Source: Lytechinus pictus
Lineage: Eukaryota
Assembly: GCF_037042905.1 (NCBI RefSeq)
Contig: NC_087245.1
Span: 31,868,001-31,932,000, forward strand
Direction of reading: 5' to 3'
DNA length: 64,000 nucleotides
Positions within the stretch are counted from its first letter, which is position 1. Each line of letters opens with the position of its first letter. The notes below the pieces were generated by a model, which saw only the letters and a list, made by a program, of their open reading frames with translations, was not told the DNA's origin and searched no databases. The translations under genes were made by a program, and so were the position numbers. Of the stretch, positions 51,261 to 63,369 are shown in pieces.

Positions 51261-51520
51261 GACCAGAAAAGGTGGCTCAGTGCAGCGATTGAGGGCCCGC
51301 CTCATGAACTGAAGTTAGTGGGCTCGTTTCCCGGCCCAGTCATACCAAAGAATCTTAAAAAATGGGACCTTCTTCCTCCTTATCAGGCGCTTGACGGATG
51401 TATAAGAATAGAGAAGGGTAATGATAACATTATCTATTGCAGGGTCCGCAGGGAGAACAGTTCGTTGAAGCTGAAGTGGTTACCCTGGGGAAATGAGAAT
51501 TATTATGTTATTATTATTAT
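51261..51520 (+). mobile_element. Apparently full-length decayed tRNA-derived SINE with Meta-like central domain and LINE-like tail
   Basis: Box A GGTGGCTCAGTG; decayed box B gggctcgtttccc; domain GTCATACCAAAGA.TCTTAAAAAATGGGACC; tail gcaggg.ccgc.gggagaacagtt..ctgaagtgg.taccctggg; then (TAT)(TGT)(TAG)n. Confidence 0.7.
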
Positions 51521-51958
51521 TGTTGTTGTTGTTAGTAGATGTAGTAGTAGTAGTAGTAGTAGTACTAGTAGTACCCTTAGATCATCAGTAATTAAGTTTG
51601 AGTGTATTAGTTTAAGAACAATAAATTAGGTGATTTGGTTACTCTAATGGGAGTATATATTCATTCGGCCTTAGTGTGTATAGACAATAAAAAAGGAGTA
51701 GGGTCTACACTTCTTTGTAACTCCACTAATGAAAGCAAGGAACACATCTGCAGAGGGAGAAAGTCAAATATATATTCTGCATCGGAACTAAAATAGGAAT
51801 TTATTCCTTTTTACTTCTTAATCGACGTAGGCATAAAACAATTATATCGTTGCAAATGCGTTCGATCTTCAAGATTTATTGACACTTGGAATGTTTGGCA
51901 ATAAAATCATGTGCTCTTATCCGATGAAACTGCTCAGAACTGTTGAGTCAATAGTATA

Positions 51959-52316
51959 CCGGAGAGTCGGGTAAATAAGGTCGCCTGCTAGTTTTTAGCT
52001 CCCTGCTGAAGAATGGTCGGGTCAAATGGACGACCGTTCGTGTAGTATTTGAGACAGTTTCTTAGCACAGATATTGAGCATCGAGAACGTCTCACAGCCC
52101 AGTGCACATGTCAAGGAGGAGCACAAACCCAGCAGCACCTCATAATCAACATTTTGAAAGTAGCATAAGCTGATTGGTTCTAACATTTCTAATGGATAAT
52201 GTCGGTCTACTCTAGATCTGGTAATAGACACCTAATCACGTTTCTACTGCATTACATTAAAACCACATTGCTGGAATTATTTTAAAAAAAGTCGCCTTAT
52301 TTACCCCACTCTCGCC
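51959..52316. mobile_element. MITE with ~19-bp TIRs (Tc1/pogo-like, uncertain)
   Basis: GAGAGTCGGGTAAATAAGG (51962) / CCTTATTTACCCCACTCTC (ends 52313). Confidence 0.65.
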
Positions 52317-52676
52317 AACTAAATTTGATACCGTCACGTCTTCAATGAACTGCCTCGCCTCAAAACTCTTCATTCCATCTGCCGACTTTGAACAGCTCCG
52401 GCCATGATAGCTTACTCACTAAAGAAAGAAAAATCCCTCCTCTCATTAAGCTCGGAATGATCTCTCATATGATGCCTCGATTGTTGTAATGGTTATCCGT
52501 GATAGTCTGTCGAAACATTCAACTAAATACCTACCTTTTCTGTCTCAATGATTTGAGTATAATATTTCTGCGTACCTATTAAGTGCGCCTTGAGCATCTC
52601 TAACGAGATGGATATGACGCCTTATACATTGCATTTATTATCATTATTATTATTGTAATAATTATAATAATCGTAA

Positions 52677-52810
52677 TAATAATAATAACGGTATATTTAC
52701 CAAGGGTAGCCACTCCAGTTCCGAAAACTGTTCTCCCAGCGGGCCCCGTTATTATTATTACCCGGCTAAGCTAGGCTACCGATTCAGGTGCACACAGCTT
52801 TTTTGAGGAA
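52677..52810 (-). mobile_element. 3' part of a SINE with the same tail family as 22089-22167, tail-to-tail with an L2-like 3' end at ~52580-52655 (+)
   Basis: Same tail sequence as above; to its left aagtgcgccttgagcat..gacgccttatacatt..(TAT)n, typical of L2-like ends. Confidence 0.7.
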
Positions 52811-55298
52811 TTATTTTTATGTTATACTCACATGATGGGGAATCTTCATGGAAAAAAAAGGGTGGAGGTCGGTGTAATTAGAAGGGATGTATTTGAAAAC
52901 TGAGCCACCATACAGGGGTAGTGGTCGAGTTTAAAGACAATCAAGAAAAAAGTAAAGCATGGCCCTGGGGAAAGCGGGGTGATGAAATTTAATATGGTTA
53001 GTATGCAATAATATAGAACTTTTCCCAACTAATGTTTATTCTGGACTCTTTTTTTTTTCTCAACGAAGTAGGACCCCATTTACAAAATCGTTCCCAGGCC
53101 CATAAGTTAGAGTTTGTTAATTTTCTTTGTAGATATATCTTTATAGATTTTGGGAATCGGGTGGTTGGTATAATCTTCCGGTCAAGGGGAGTATCTCCGA
53201 TGAAGCAGCCCTAGATGTGGTTTGTGGGAAGCGTGCAATATGAAACAAATCACGTCGAGTCTGAAGTACAATCATCATTGACTTGTCATCTCATCCAGGA
53301 GAGATTAGACAGAGTGGCTTTCAAGGCTTGTTGAATCCACTCATTAAAGACCAGAGGAATGGCAAATGAATTATAGGTGCATCAATCACGGCTGCCCATC
53401 CCACCGCTAGAGTTTGATTAATGGCATAGGTCAGGGATGGCTAGCCAGCCAGCAAGCCAGGACAGCAGGGATGGCCTGGATTCGGTTTACCCGATGTGAC
53501 AGTAGGCCTAGTCACATAAAAATATAACATAATCATGATGATAACAATAACGGTATAAATACCAGGGTATCCTACTTTAGACGTGGGTTCCTATAGAAAG
53601 TGGGGGTAAACTTTGTTGCGCATGGATTAAAATTCCAAATATATTTATGCTATCACGACCCAGTGTCTACACGCCATATCACGAGAGAAACTCCGATTAA
53701 TTTACCATGACTTCGCAGGGGCCATTGCGGGGGGGGGGAAATAACTTTCGCCGTATACGTGCAGCTCACTACGCGCAAAAGCTGTATTTTTATGGAGCTC
53801 GACCCCGGAAGTTTTGTGCGAGGTCCTAAGGTCACTCCCTTGTGCAGTCCGCACGGGTAATTTACTCCGACCGACTAGTCGGGATAGCGAAATACTCCTG
53901 GGGGAAAAACAGGAGTATCTTGGCCGGAGTAAGGTCGGAGTAACTTACCACGACAGATGGGCACTACTCCGACCTTTGCCTCGACCTTACTCCAGCTGGG
54001 CTTCTACCTACCCTTTCTCCGGCTTTACTCGACCAATACAGCTTGCCTCTGACCGAGGCTATTGTCTGCAATGAGGATAATGCTTACAGTGAGTACCGCC
54101 ACCCGAGACTGTCACATTGATAGCAGACCGATCGGGGGGGGGGGGGCGTTTCATTGAGTTTGATTGGCTGAAAAGCACTGTTATTATGGTAACTGTCAAA
54201 CTCGTTCTCTCCCTTTCTCTTCTCTCTCAATCTTCATTATAAGTTCGGTAATATTTGCTTGCATGTTTATTTAAATTGTGTTTGCAAATAAATACTCGTA
54301 GATATATATCTTTTCCATGCCAATGCTTACTAGTGACCTATTTTTTCAATCAAAGAAATAGGGCAATATTGATGTTTGTTATGTCAGCGGTTCCGTTATG
54401 TTTCATAAAAGCAAATGAACTCGGTGAATCATTATCTGTCTTGATCGAATCTGTGACCCTGATGATCTCTTAAATAACTGGTGGCGTGATAAAATCGAAA
54501 TGATCTTTGCGTCAATGAAATGTGGAAAGACCTGAAAACAACCATACATTAAAGGACACCTAAAAAAAAACACTATGTGGGCCATTTTGTTCGTTTTGCC
54601 AATTCAATTATAAACAAAGTTGATGAGACGTTCCTGTGTCCTTGGCTGTCCTGATACTTTCTAAAGCATGTAATGAAGATGGCATAGTTGGTAAATAATC
54701 GAAATGCTGCCGTTGCTGGTGCAAACTGCTTCCAAACAGAAATGTATTTATAAACGCCGCTCCAAGGAGATGAACGGGAAAGTCACAGTTGCATATTAAG
54801 AAATGATGATACACCTCTTCTCCTGATCATTCGCTTTATATTGCATTCAATATAGGCAAAGCTTCAAATCTCAATTTAAAATCATAATATCTTTGTATGT
54901 AATAAAAATTGATTATGATATATGTATAGATTTATAATGTCGATCAGATTACTCTGTGAGTATGTATAGTTGCTTTTCTCGAGCGATTGAGAAGCAATGT
55001 TAGTCCAAAATTGTAGAGAGCAACGTACTTTAAAGAGACACTGTTGACGATGCATGTATGGATTGGGACGTCAGTTTAATACTACTAATCCCCCATCATT
55101 TTTTTGTCGGATGATGGACAGTAGAGATTACTTTTGGTCAGTTTCAACATGGTGTAAAACCCGTGTTTTAACGAGGAACTTCTCTTGTTGAATAAATAAA
55201 CGGTCATATTGTGTTTTATGCCCTTGAAGGGCTTATACTGTGAGTTATAAGTGATCTTTGACAAAGGACGATTTTTAAAGATAAATAGGGTCCTACCA

Positions 55299-55688
55299 AT
55301 TGTGGTAACGATCTCGAAATGAGTTGGAACAGAATCCAATGAAATGACCACTCAACTGTTTGTATGTATAAATAGAAAAATATATGTGCCAAATGACTCT
55401 GGGTAAAAATGTGTAATTGCTGAGAAATTAGCAAAATAATCACGGAATTTCATAAAATGGCGGGTATTTTTCCAAACAATATCAGTGCACTGTCCCACAT
55501 ATGCCTTGTTTGTGTTAGTGATCATCAGAATGATCTGTCTTCAGCTAAGAGTTTATGATTTCACAGAGATAAGTTCATTTCAATGTACCAGAACTAGATC
55601 TATGATAAAATGGTGCCATTTAAACTTGATTTTAAAGAATTTGTCATGAAATAATTGTTTGCTGCAATTTCTGTATTTTACATTTAAT
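55299..55688 (+). mobile_element. Kolobok-like non-autonomous DNA transposon, copy 2
   Basis: Colinear with 2443-2840; ends ..tacatttaa. Confidence 0.7.
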
Positions 55689-55999
55689 GGTGCCTTTTTT
55701 GTCGAATTTCAATAGCGACCCTTTATACACGTAATCTGGTAAGAAAATGGACATTGACTGAGACTAATCGCCGGCGATAAAAGAAATTTCTAATAAAGTT
55801 TTTTTTTTGGTACTTAACTATTTTGACAAGATTTTTTAATGTTTTTTAAATGGTGAACTTATGGTTTGATAGCTTTTCAAAAGGCTTTACGCCTATGCAA
55901 TGCTTCCACTGTTCAAACACGTTACCGGTCAATCAACGGAAAATCTAGTGTAGGCACATTGTGCACCTACCCTTTCTTTATCCAACAAAATAGTGACAA

Positions 56000-56912
56000 G
56001 GGGGACCTTTTTCATATCATTTTCTTCGTTATAGTGGAGTGACTATCCTTATCATATCATTTTGCTTCTTTATAGTGACTGTGACTCCCCTTTTCATTTC
56101 GGTGTGCTCCTTCATAGTGGAGTGACTACCCTTTTCATATGATTTTCCTTCTTTATAGTGAGAGTGACTCCCCTTTTCATGTAGATGTGCTCCTTTATAG
56201 TAAGAGTGACTCCTCTTTTTCATATCATTTTGCATCTTTATAGTGAAAGAGACTCCCCTTTTCATTTCGGTGTGCTCCTTTATGGTAATAGTGACTCCCC
56301 GTTTCATTTCGGTGTGCCACTTAATAATGAGAGTGACTACCCTTTTCATATTATTTTTCTTCTTTATAGTGAGAGTGACTCACCTTTGCATGTCGATGTG
56401 CTCCTTTATAGTGAGAGTGACTACCCTAATAGTGAGAGTGACTCCTCTTTTCATGTCGGTTTGCTCCTTTCTAATGAAAGTGACTACCCTTTTCATGTCG
56501 GTGTGTTCGTTTATAGTGAGAGTGACTACCATTTTCATGTCAGTGTGCTCCTTTATAGTGAGATTGACTCCTCTTTTCATGTTGGTGTGCTCCTTTATAG
56601 TGAAAATGACTACCCTAATAGTGAGAGTGACTCCTCTTTTCATGTCGGTGTGCCCCTTTATTATGAGAGTGACTCCCATTTTCATGTTGGTGTGCTCCTT
56701 TATAGTGAGAGTGACTAGCCTAATAGTGAGAGTGACTCCTCTTTTCATGTCGGTGAGCTCCTTTATAGTGAGAGTGGCTCCCATTTTCATGTCGGTGTGC
56801 TCCTTTATAGTGAGAGTAACTCCCCTTTCCATGTCGATGTGCTCAGTAATAATGGGAGTGGCCCCCTTTTAAGGCCCTTTTTCCCTTATAACGAGAGTGA
56901 CCCTCCTGTTTA
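56000..56912. repeat. Minisatellite with 42-bp unit and interspersed 21-bp half units
   Basis: Unit ~TTATAGTGAGAGTGACTCCTCTTTTCATGTCGGTGTGCTCCT; explains the 14-aa and 7-aa periodic ORFs on both strands. Confidence 0.95.
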
Positions 56913-57441
56913 TGTAAGTGATATCCAGATTTATGGTTAGAAATTTGATGACAAAAAGTTATCTCATTTGAGAGTGAGATCTTCGTTTATTTAATAGCTT
57001 TTCACGAAATTCTTTAAAAAAATCAACATCCCTTTTTCCCTCGCCTTTTATTAAATCTTATATGAAATATGGCTCTTCGCCGAGGACCGATTAGACGTGG
57101 CATATCACATATTCATGTCAGAATTAAAATGCCCCACCAACCTTCAGGAATAAAAAATTTAAAGACAGGCCGGGGTTATTTTACCAGGTCTCTTATTTTT
57201 TTTTATTCATTTGATTATATTTGTCAAGAAGATATCACTAACCCTCTTCCTATCTTTGATGCTGCGTCATGTCGGTTTCTGTTCATTAATTATTATGTGA
57301 TTGCATCATTTATTAACATTCATCGCCGCCTCGCCGGGTGCGTTGTCACGGATTTAAAGCATGATCTAGAATGCGTTCCTATCTCCTGAACTTGCCTGCA
57401 TTTCTCAGGTTCACCTCGGGGCTTAATTCAGAATACATCTG

Positions 57442-57712
57442 GGCCCCGTTGTACAAAGAGTTACGATTGATCCGATCAATCGTAACTCTATGGAAATCCA
57501 TCAGTGTCATAATTTTTTCTACAGGAAATTTGCAAAATGTCCTTTGTAATCAAAGGAGAACACCCCAAATTGTCAAGAAATCAATGAATTTATGGATATG
57601 CATTCATATCTAGATTTTTTTTTTAACAAACATGCATTTCGTATGTTGACTTTGCTGGCTTGCCATAGTTACGATTGATCGGATCAATCGTAACTCTTTG
57701 TACAACGGGGCC
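57442..57712. mobile_element. PIF/Harbinger-like MITE with perfect 46-bp TIRs and CTG TSD
   Basis: CTG-GGCCCCGTTGTACAAAGAGTTACGATTGATCCGATCAATCGTAACT ... exact reverse complement ...-CTG. Confidence 0.92.
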
Positions 57713-58628
57713 CTGGTGTGTCTTGAGAGATTCTTTCTTCACTTCGTGCTTTACTTTATAAGTCAGGGAGCCAAGGGTCCTTACTGAAATAGAATGACAA
57801 TCCCCAACTCCACTTTTCTCAGCAGACAGCCTGTTTACTATGCTATTCAAATTATGGAATATTCCTTTCATGTTGACAATAACAAGATATGTAACATTCT
57901 CCTGTATTGACTACTACGGATTAGAATATCATAACAATTACTACAACATTGTTGATGATGATAACGATGACGATAATGAAAATGATGCTGATGATGATAA
58001 ATAATAAATACAATGAAATAATCTCCCCAAATCTTTACAGATACAATCTCACAATTAGCAGAATCTCTATCAAAAAGTAAGTTTCTTGTCAAAAAGACTA
58101 AGCATCTAATCATTTAAACGTATTTCATATTAAAACAAATACCCTTCTATTAAAAAAAAAAACGACCATTGACCCTATTAGTGGCACTTGTCATTAATCA
58201 TATATTCAAGTTCGATTTTTTAAATAGAAATTAGAGTGTTACAAAACACCCGAGTTATCAACGAGAAGCATTTATCAGACTTCACAGCTCTAGTGAAGAA
58301 CAAATTATTTATAAATTTGTCGGTATGCCAACCAAACCTCCGGCAACGTTTCGGGCTTTTCTCAAGGAGTGTATGAAATTTATTTTATTTTCATCAATGT
58401 TTTTATGGTATAATTTTTAACGATATTTCTTAAGAATTAATGGAGAATTCATGTTGCTATCTTTGGTAGATGTGAACCTATTTCCACTGATTGTGTTATA
58501 AGCTACCGACATCCGGTCATCTGATTAGCTGAGAACAAACTTGAAAATTATGAAGAAGACGCTTTATGAAACGCTCCCATGTGCCCTATGGTACAAAGCA
58601 TAGTGGTTGATGGTACAATCGATCCATA

Positions 58629-58842
58629 CACTGCAAAAACACCGGTGTTAATTTAACACCAGCCCGGTTTATATATCGGTCCACACCAGAGACACCGGTT
58701 TGGCGTTAGGCTATTGCCAATTTGGCATTTAAGCAAGACCAATTAGTGTTAAACCATAACTGGTATTGTTTCAACGCTTCTCTGTTGTGGACCGATATAG
58801 ATACCAGGCTGGTGTTAAATTAACACCGGCGTTTATGCAGTG
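58629..58842. mobile_element. CACTG-type MITE, TA TSD (CMC/EnSpm-like)
   Basis: TA-CACTGCAAAAACACCGGTGTTAATTTAACACCAGCC / GGCTGGTGTTAAATTAACACCGGCGTTTATGCAGTG-TA; inner tatatcggtccaca / tgtggaccgatata. Confidence 0.88.
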
Positions 58843-59079
58843 TATACATTTATAGCTTATTCCACATGGGGTCTAATGATCAATGAAACCAGACGTCAAA
58901 ATCAGCGTTAAAGCACTACACAATGTGTTACACGGGACCATACCAAATGATGTATTTCCCCAATTCTAAAATCCGGAGCATAAAGCAAATTGACTGTTAA
59001 ATGTAAAGATGAAAATAATCTCTCTTAGTCAATCTTTTATTTTTATAATAATTTGCTTCTGGAGCAAAATATTATTTTG

Positions 59080-59505
59080 TATAAGAGGATTATCTTTTCA
59101 GAATACTTTGTGTAGGTTATAAGAAGATTAAATTATCTTCTTGTAGGAGTTTAACGAAGATGAAATTATCTTCGTGTAGGTTAAACGAAGTTGAAATTAT
59201 CTCCTTGTAGGAGCTTAACGAAGACAAAATTATCTTCGTGTAGGTTAAACGAAGTTGAAATTATCTCCTTGTAGGAGCTTAACGAAGACAAAATTATCTT
59301 TGTGTAGGATTTAAACGAAGATGAAATTATCTTCATGTAGGTTAAGCTATGTTAAACGGAGATAAAATTATCTTTGTGTAGGATTTAAACGAAGATGAAA
59401 TTATCTTCATGTAGGACTTAATTGAATATGAAATTATCTTTATATAGGTTATACGAAGATGAAATTATCTTTATATAGGTTATACGAAGATGAAATTATC
59501 TTTGT
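59080..59505. repeat. Degenerate 31-33-bp tandem array, reverse-complement relative of the 60.3-62.4 kb array
   Basis: Unit ~AAACGAAGATGAAATTATCTTCGTGTAGGTT, about 13 copies. Confidence 0.9.
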
Positions 59506-60285
59506 ATATCATCTGTGCATACATATCTTTATTTATTTATATCTATTTGTATTTATTGAATCGCATTGATACAAATGTACACATCGGCTGGCAAGAAAAG
59601 GGAAAGGAGAAAAAGAGGAAGGAAGAAAGAGAAACGTAATTGGGGTAGGAAATATTGTATATATTTTATTATATTATATTAAAGATATTATATTATATAA
59701 CATAAGAAACACCCTTTTTTCATGAATTTATGAAACATAATTTGCTTAGGGGTCTATTTTTTCACCATTCCTGGTGATCGCATTGTCTGTTTAATGAGAT
59801 ATATAACCCTGTTAAAAAAACTAAAACATCCCATTTTCAAGTCAATATACACCAAATATATTTCCTCGCACTTCGAGTCATTATTGTTTTATGTAGTGAA
59901 ATATGCTTCTTTTTCATGACCACTTAAAGTGATTGCCCCCCTTTTAAAGTCTGAATATAAAACATTTCCAGTCCTTGCTTACGTTCGCATTAAACAGTAA
60001 ATCTTTTCAAAGTGAATGAATCTTTGTTCATTTTTCTTCAAATGTTCATCATATTCATTCCATAATATTTATTTCACATTTTTGCACTTAACAACCACTT
60101 GTATCACTTGTTCTCTCTTCTACACATTCTCTCAAATCACTCTATTTAATGACTATTGGCAATTCAATGTATGTTTGCAAGTCTCTAACAATAAAAGAAA
60201 CAAACGGGAACAGCATATCAATTAATACAACCATTTAATAGGAATAACAGATCAAATAAATATATCATACAAATCTATTACAATT

Positions 60286-62458
60286 ATAAGGATTAGTTCA
60301 TCCTGCTAATACTACAGCAGGATTAATTTATCTTTATTTCAAAGCTACATGAGGATAAATTTATCTTAATTTCAAAGCTACACGAGGATAAATTTATCTT
60401 AATTTCAAAGCTACGCGAGGATAAATTTATCCTAATTTCAAGGCTACACGAGGATAAATTTATCCTAATTTCAAGGCTACACGAGGATAAATTTATCCTA
60501 ATTTCAATGCTACATGAGGATAAATTTATCTTAATTTCAAAGCTACATGAGGATAAATTTATCTTAATTTCAAAGCTTCATGAGGATAAATTTATCCTAA
60601 TTTCAAGGCTACACGAGGATAAATTTATCTTAATTTCAAGGATACACGAGGATAAATTTATCTTAATTTCAAGGCTTCATGAGGATAAATTCATCCTAAT
60701 TTCAAGAATACATGAGGATAAATTTATCTTAATTTCAAAGCTACATGAGGATAAATTTATCTTAATTTCAAAGCTACACGAGGATAAATTTATCCTAATT
60801 TCAAGACTACACGAGGATAAATTTATCCTAATTTCAAGGCTATACGAGGATAAATTTATCCTAATTTCAATGCTACATGAGGATAAATTTATCTTAATTT
60901 CAAAGCTACATGAGGATAAATTTATCTTAATTTCAAAGCTTCACGAGGATAAATTTATCCTAATTTCAAGGCTACACGAGGATAAATTTATCTTAATTTC
61001 AAGGATACACGAGGATAAATTTATCTTAATTTCAAGGCTTCATGAGGATAAATTCATCCTAATTTCAAGAATACACGAGGATAAATTTATCCTAATTTCA
61101 AATCTACATGAGGATAAATTTATCTTAATTTCAAAGCTACACGAGGATAAATTTATCCTAATTTCAAAGCTACAAGAGGATAAATTTATCCTAATTTCAA
61201 GGCTACATGAGGATAAATTTATCCTAATTTCAAAGCTACACGAGGATAAATTTATCTTAATTTCAAAGCTACATGAGGATAAATTTATCTTAATTTCAAA
61301 GCTTCACGAGGATAAATTTATCCTAATTTCAAAGCTACACGAGGATAAATTTATCTTAATTTCAAGGATACACGAGGATAAATTTATCTTAATTTCAAGG
61401 ATACACGAGGATAAATTTATCTTAATTTCAAGAATACACGAGGATAAATTTATCCTAATTTCAAAGCTACATGAGGATAAATTTATCTTCGTTTCAAAGC
61501 TACATGAGGATAAATTTATCTTAATTTCAAAGCTTCACGAGGATAAATTTATCCTAATTTCAAGGCTACGCGAGGATAAATTTATCTTAATTTCAAAGCT
61601 ACACGAGGATAAATTTATCTTAATTTCAAGGCTACATGAGGATAAATTTATCCTAATTTCAAGGCTACACAAGGATAAATTTATCCTAATTTCAAGGCTA
61701 CACGAGGATAAATTTATCTTAATTTCAGTCTACATGAGGATAAATTTATCCTAACTTCAAGGCTACATGAGGATAAATTTATCTTAATTTCAAAGCTACA
61801 TGAGGATAAATTTATCTTAATTTCAAAGCTACACGAGGATAAATTTATCCTAATTTCAAGGCTACATGAGGATAAATTTATCCTAATTTCAAAGCTACAC
61901 GAGGATAAATTTATCTTAATTTCAGTCTACATGAGGATAAATTTATCTTAATTTCAAAGCTACATGAGGATAAATTTATCTTAATTTCAAAGCTACACGA
62001 GGATAAATTTATCCTAATTTCAAGGCTACATGAGGATAAATTTATCCTAATTTCAAAGCTACACGAGGATAAATTTATCTTAATTTCAAGACTACATGAG
62101 GATAAATTTATCCTAACTTCAAGGCTACATGAGGATAAATTTATCCTAATTTCAAGGCTACATGAGGATAAATTTATCTTAATTTCAAAGCTACACGAGG
62201 ATAAATTTATCTTAATTTCAAAGCTACATGAGGATAAATTTATCTTAATTTCAAAGCTTCACGAGGATAAATTTATCCTAATTTCAAGGCTACACGAGGA
62301 TAAATTTATCTTAATTTCAAGGCTACACGAGGATAAATTTATCTTAATTTCAAGGATACACGAGGATAAATTTATCTTAATTTCAAGGCTACACGAGGAT
62401 AAATTTATCTTAATTTCAAAGCTACACAAGGATAAAATTACCTTAATTTGAAAGCCAC
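60286..62458. repeat. Tandem minisatellite, 33-bp unit, about 65 copies, each with a palindromic core
   Basis: Unit GAGGATAAATTTATCYTAATTTCAARGCTACAY; the core AGGATAAATTTATCCT is a perfect 16-bp palindrome in the C variant; degenerate units at both edges. Confidence 0.98.
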
Positions 62459-62575
62459 AGCAATGACACAATTCACCTTAGAATAATTTAACACTTGGTA
62501 ATTTCATTGGGTGGCAAATGACATTTATCAATAAATTTGCATCGGACTTGTAGACAAGAGTAAGTTTTTCATTAA

Positions 62576-63090
62576 AGGTCAAGTCCACCCCAGGAAAATG
62601 CTGACTTGAATCAATAGAGAAAAATCAAACTAGCATAGTGCTGAAAATGTCATCAAAATCGGATGTAAAATAAGAAAGCTATGACATTTAAAGTTTCGCT
62701 TATTTTTCACAAATCAGTAGTATACAATATTTTTTATTTTTTTATAGATTTGACAATAAGGACCAACTTGACTGAACCATGGAGTATTAAACAGTGCTAA
62801 TTCCACATGTTCAGGGAGGAATTAATCGTTGTACCACTTGACAATGAGAAGAAAATTAGAATATTTCATATAATAAAATACAAAAGAAATAGTGAGTGGA
62901 TGACGTCACTGTCTCCTCATTTGCATACCCGCCAGGATGTGCATATAACTATTTTGTGAAATTAAGCTCAACTTTAAAATGTCATAACTTTTTTATTTTA
63001 CATCCAATTTTGATGAAATTTTCAGTGTTATGCTTGTTGGATTTTTCTCGTTTTATTCAAATCAACTTTTTGTAGGAATTAACTTGTCCT
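62576..63090. mobile_element. Kolobok-like non-autonomous DNA transposon, TTAA TSD
   Basis: TTAA-AGGTCAAGT...ACTTGTCCT-TTAA with ~115-bp imperfect subterminal inverted arms (catcaaaatcggatgtaaaataa / ttattttacatccaattttgatg). Confidence 0.85.
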
Positions 63091-63200
63091 TTAACTTGTG
63101 GCCTGTGGTGCATGTTAAAAAAAATTATGTAAACAACATGTATGTAACTATGTACCCGGGTTAACAAATTTGTTAAATAATCTGTGACAGCTCTCCTGTC

Positions 63201-63369
63201 CTGGGCGTTGTGGCTTGCGCCTGTAATCCAAGCTGTGGGGAAGTTACAAATTGATGCAGAGGTTCGAGCCCTAGTCACGTCTTTCAGATTGTGATGTTAA
63301 AGGTCGGTCCCAGACGTAAATAATCATATCTGCTTGATACACGTCTGACAAAACTCAAATACACACACA
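63201..63369 (+). mobile_element. SINE-like retroposon with 7SL/Alu-like head, box B, Deu-domain-like body, 3' stem-loop and (CA)n tail; 9-bp TSD
   Basis: TCTCCTGTC on both sides (63192-63200, 63370-63378); head GGGCGTTGTGGCTTGCGCCTGTAATCCAAGC; GGTTCGAGCCC at 63261; GTCTTTCAGATTGTGATGTTAAAGGTCGGTCCC; stem CAGACGT/ACGTCTG (63311-63317/63341-63347). Confidence 0.75.

Noticed and set aside
53653-54110. GC-rich segment (and 49830-50300) as downstream exons of the GPCR
   Set aside because: No GABA-B-like translation. 53653-54110 has repeated TACTCCGACC/GGTCGGAGTA inverted motifs pointing to a decayed DNA transposon whose ends I could not define.
56029-56872. Four overlapping 106-209-aa ORFs
   Set aside because: Products of a 42/21-bp minisatellite open in several frames on both strands.
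58335-58372. Minus-strand CTTGAGAA..CCGAAACGTTG, reminiscent of Penelope-type hammerhead variants
   Set aside because: Stem II cannot form and the match is too short to support.
60507-61754. 415-aa ORF as a real gene
   Set aside because: It is a 33-bp tandem repeat read in frame; the ATG is a unit variant and the array continues past frameshifts. Kept only as a low-interest finding.
63201-63245. Human Alu contamination
   Set aside because: Similarity is limited to the first ~45 nt; there is no dimer or poly(A) tail; the body is non-Alu and the unit sits between TSDs in native sequence.
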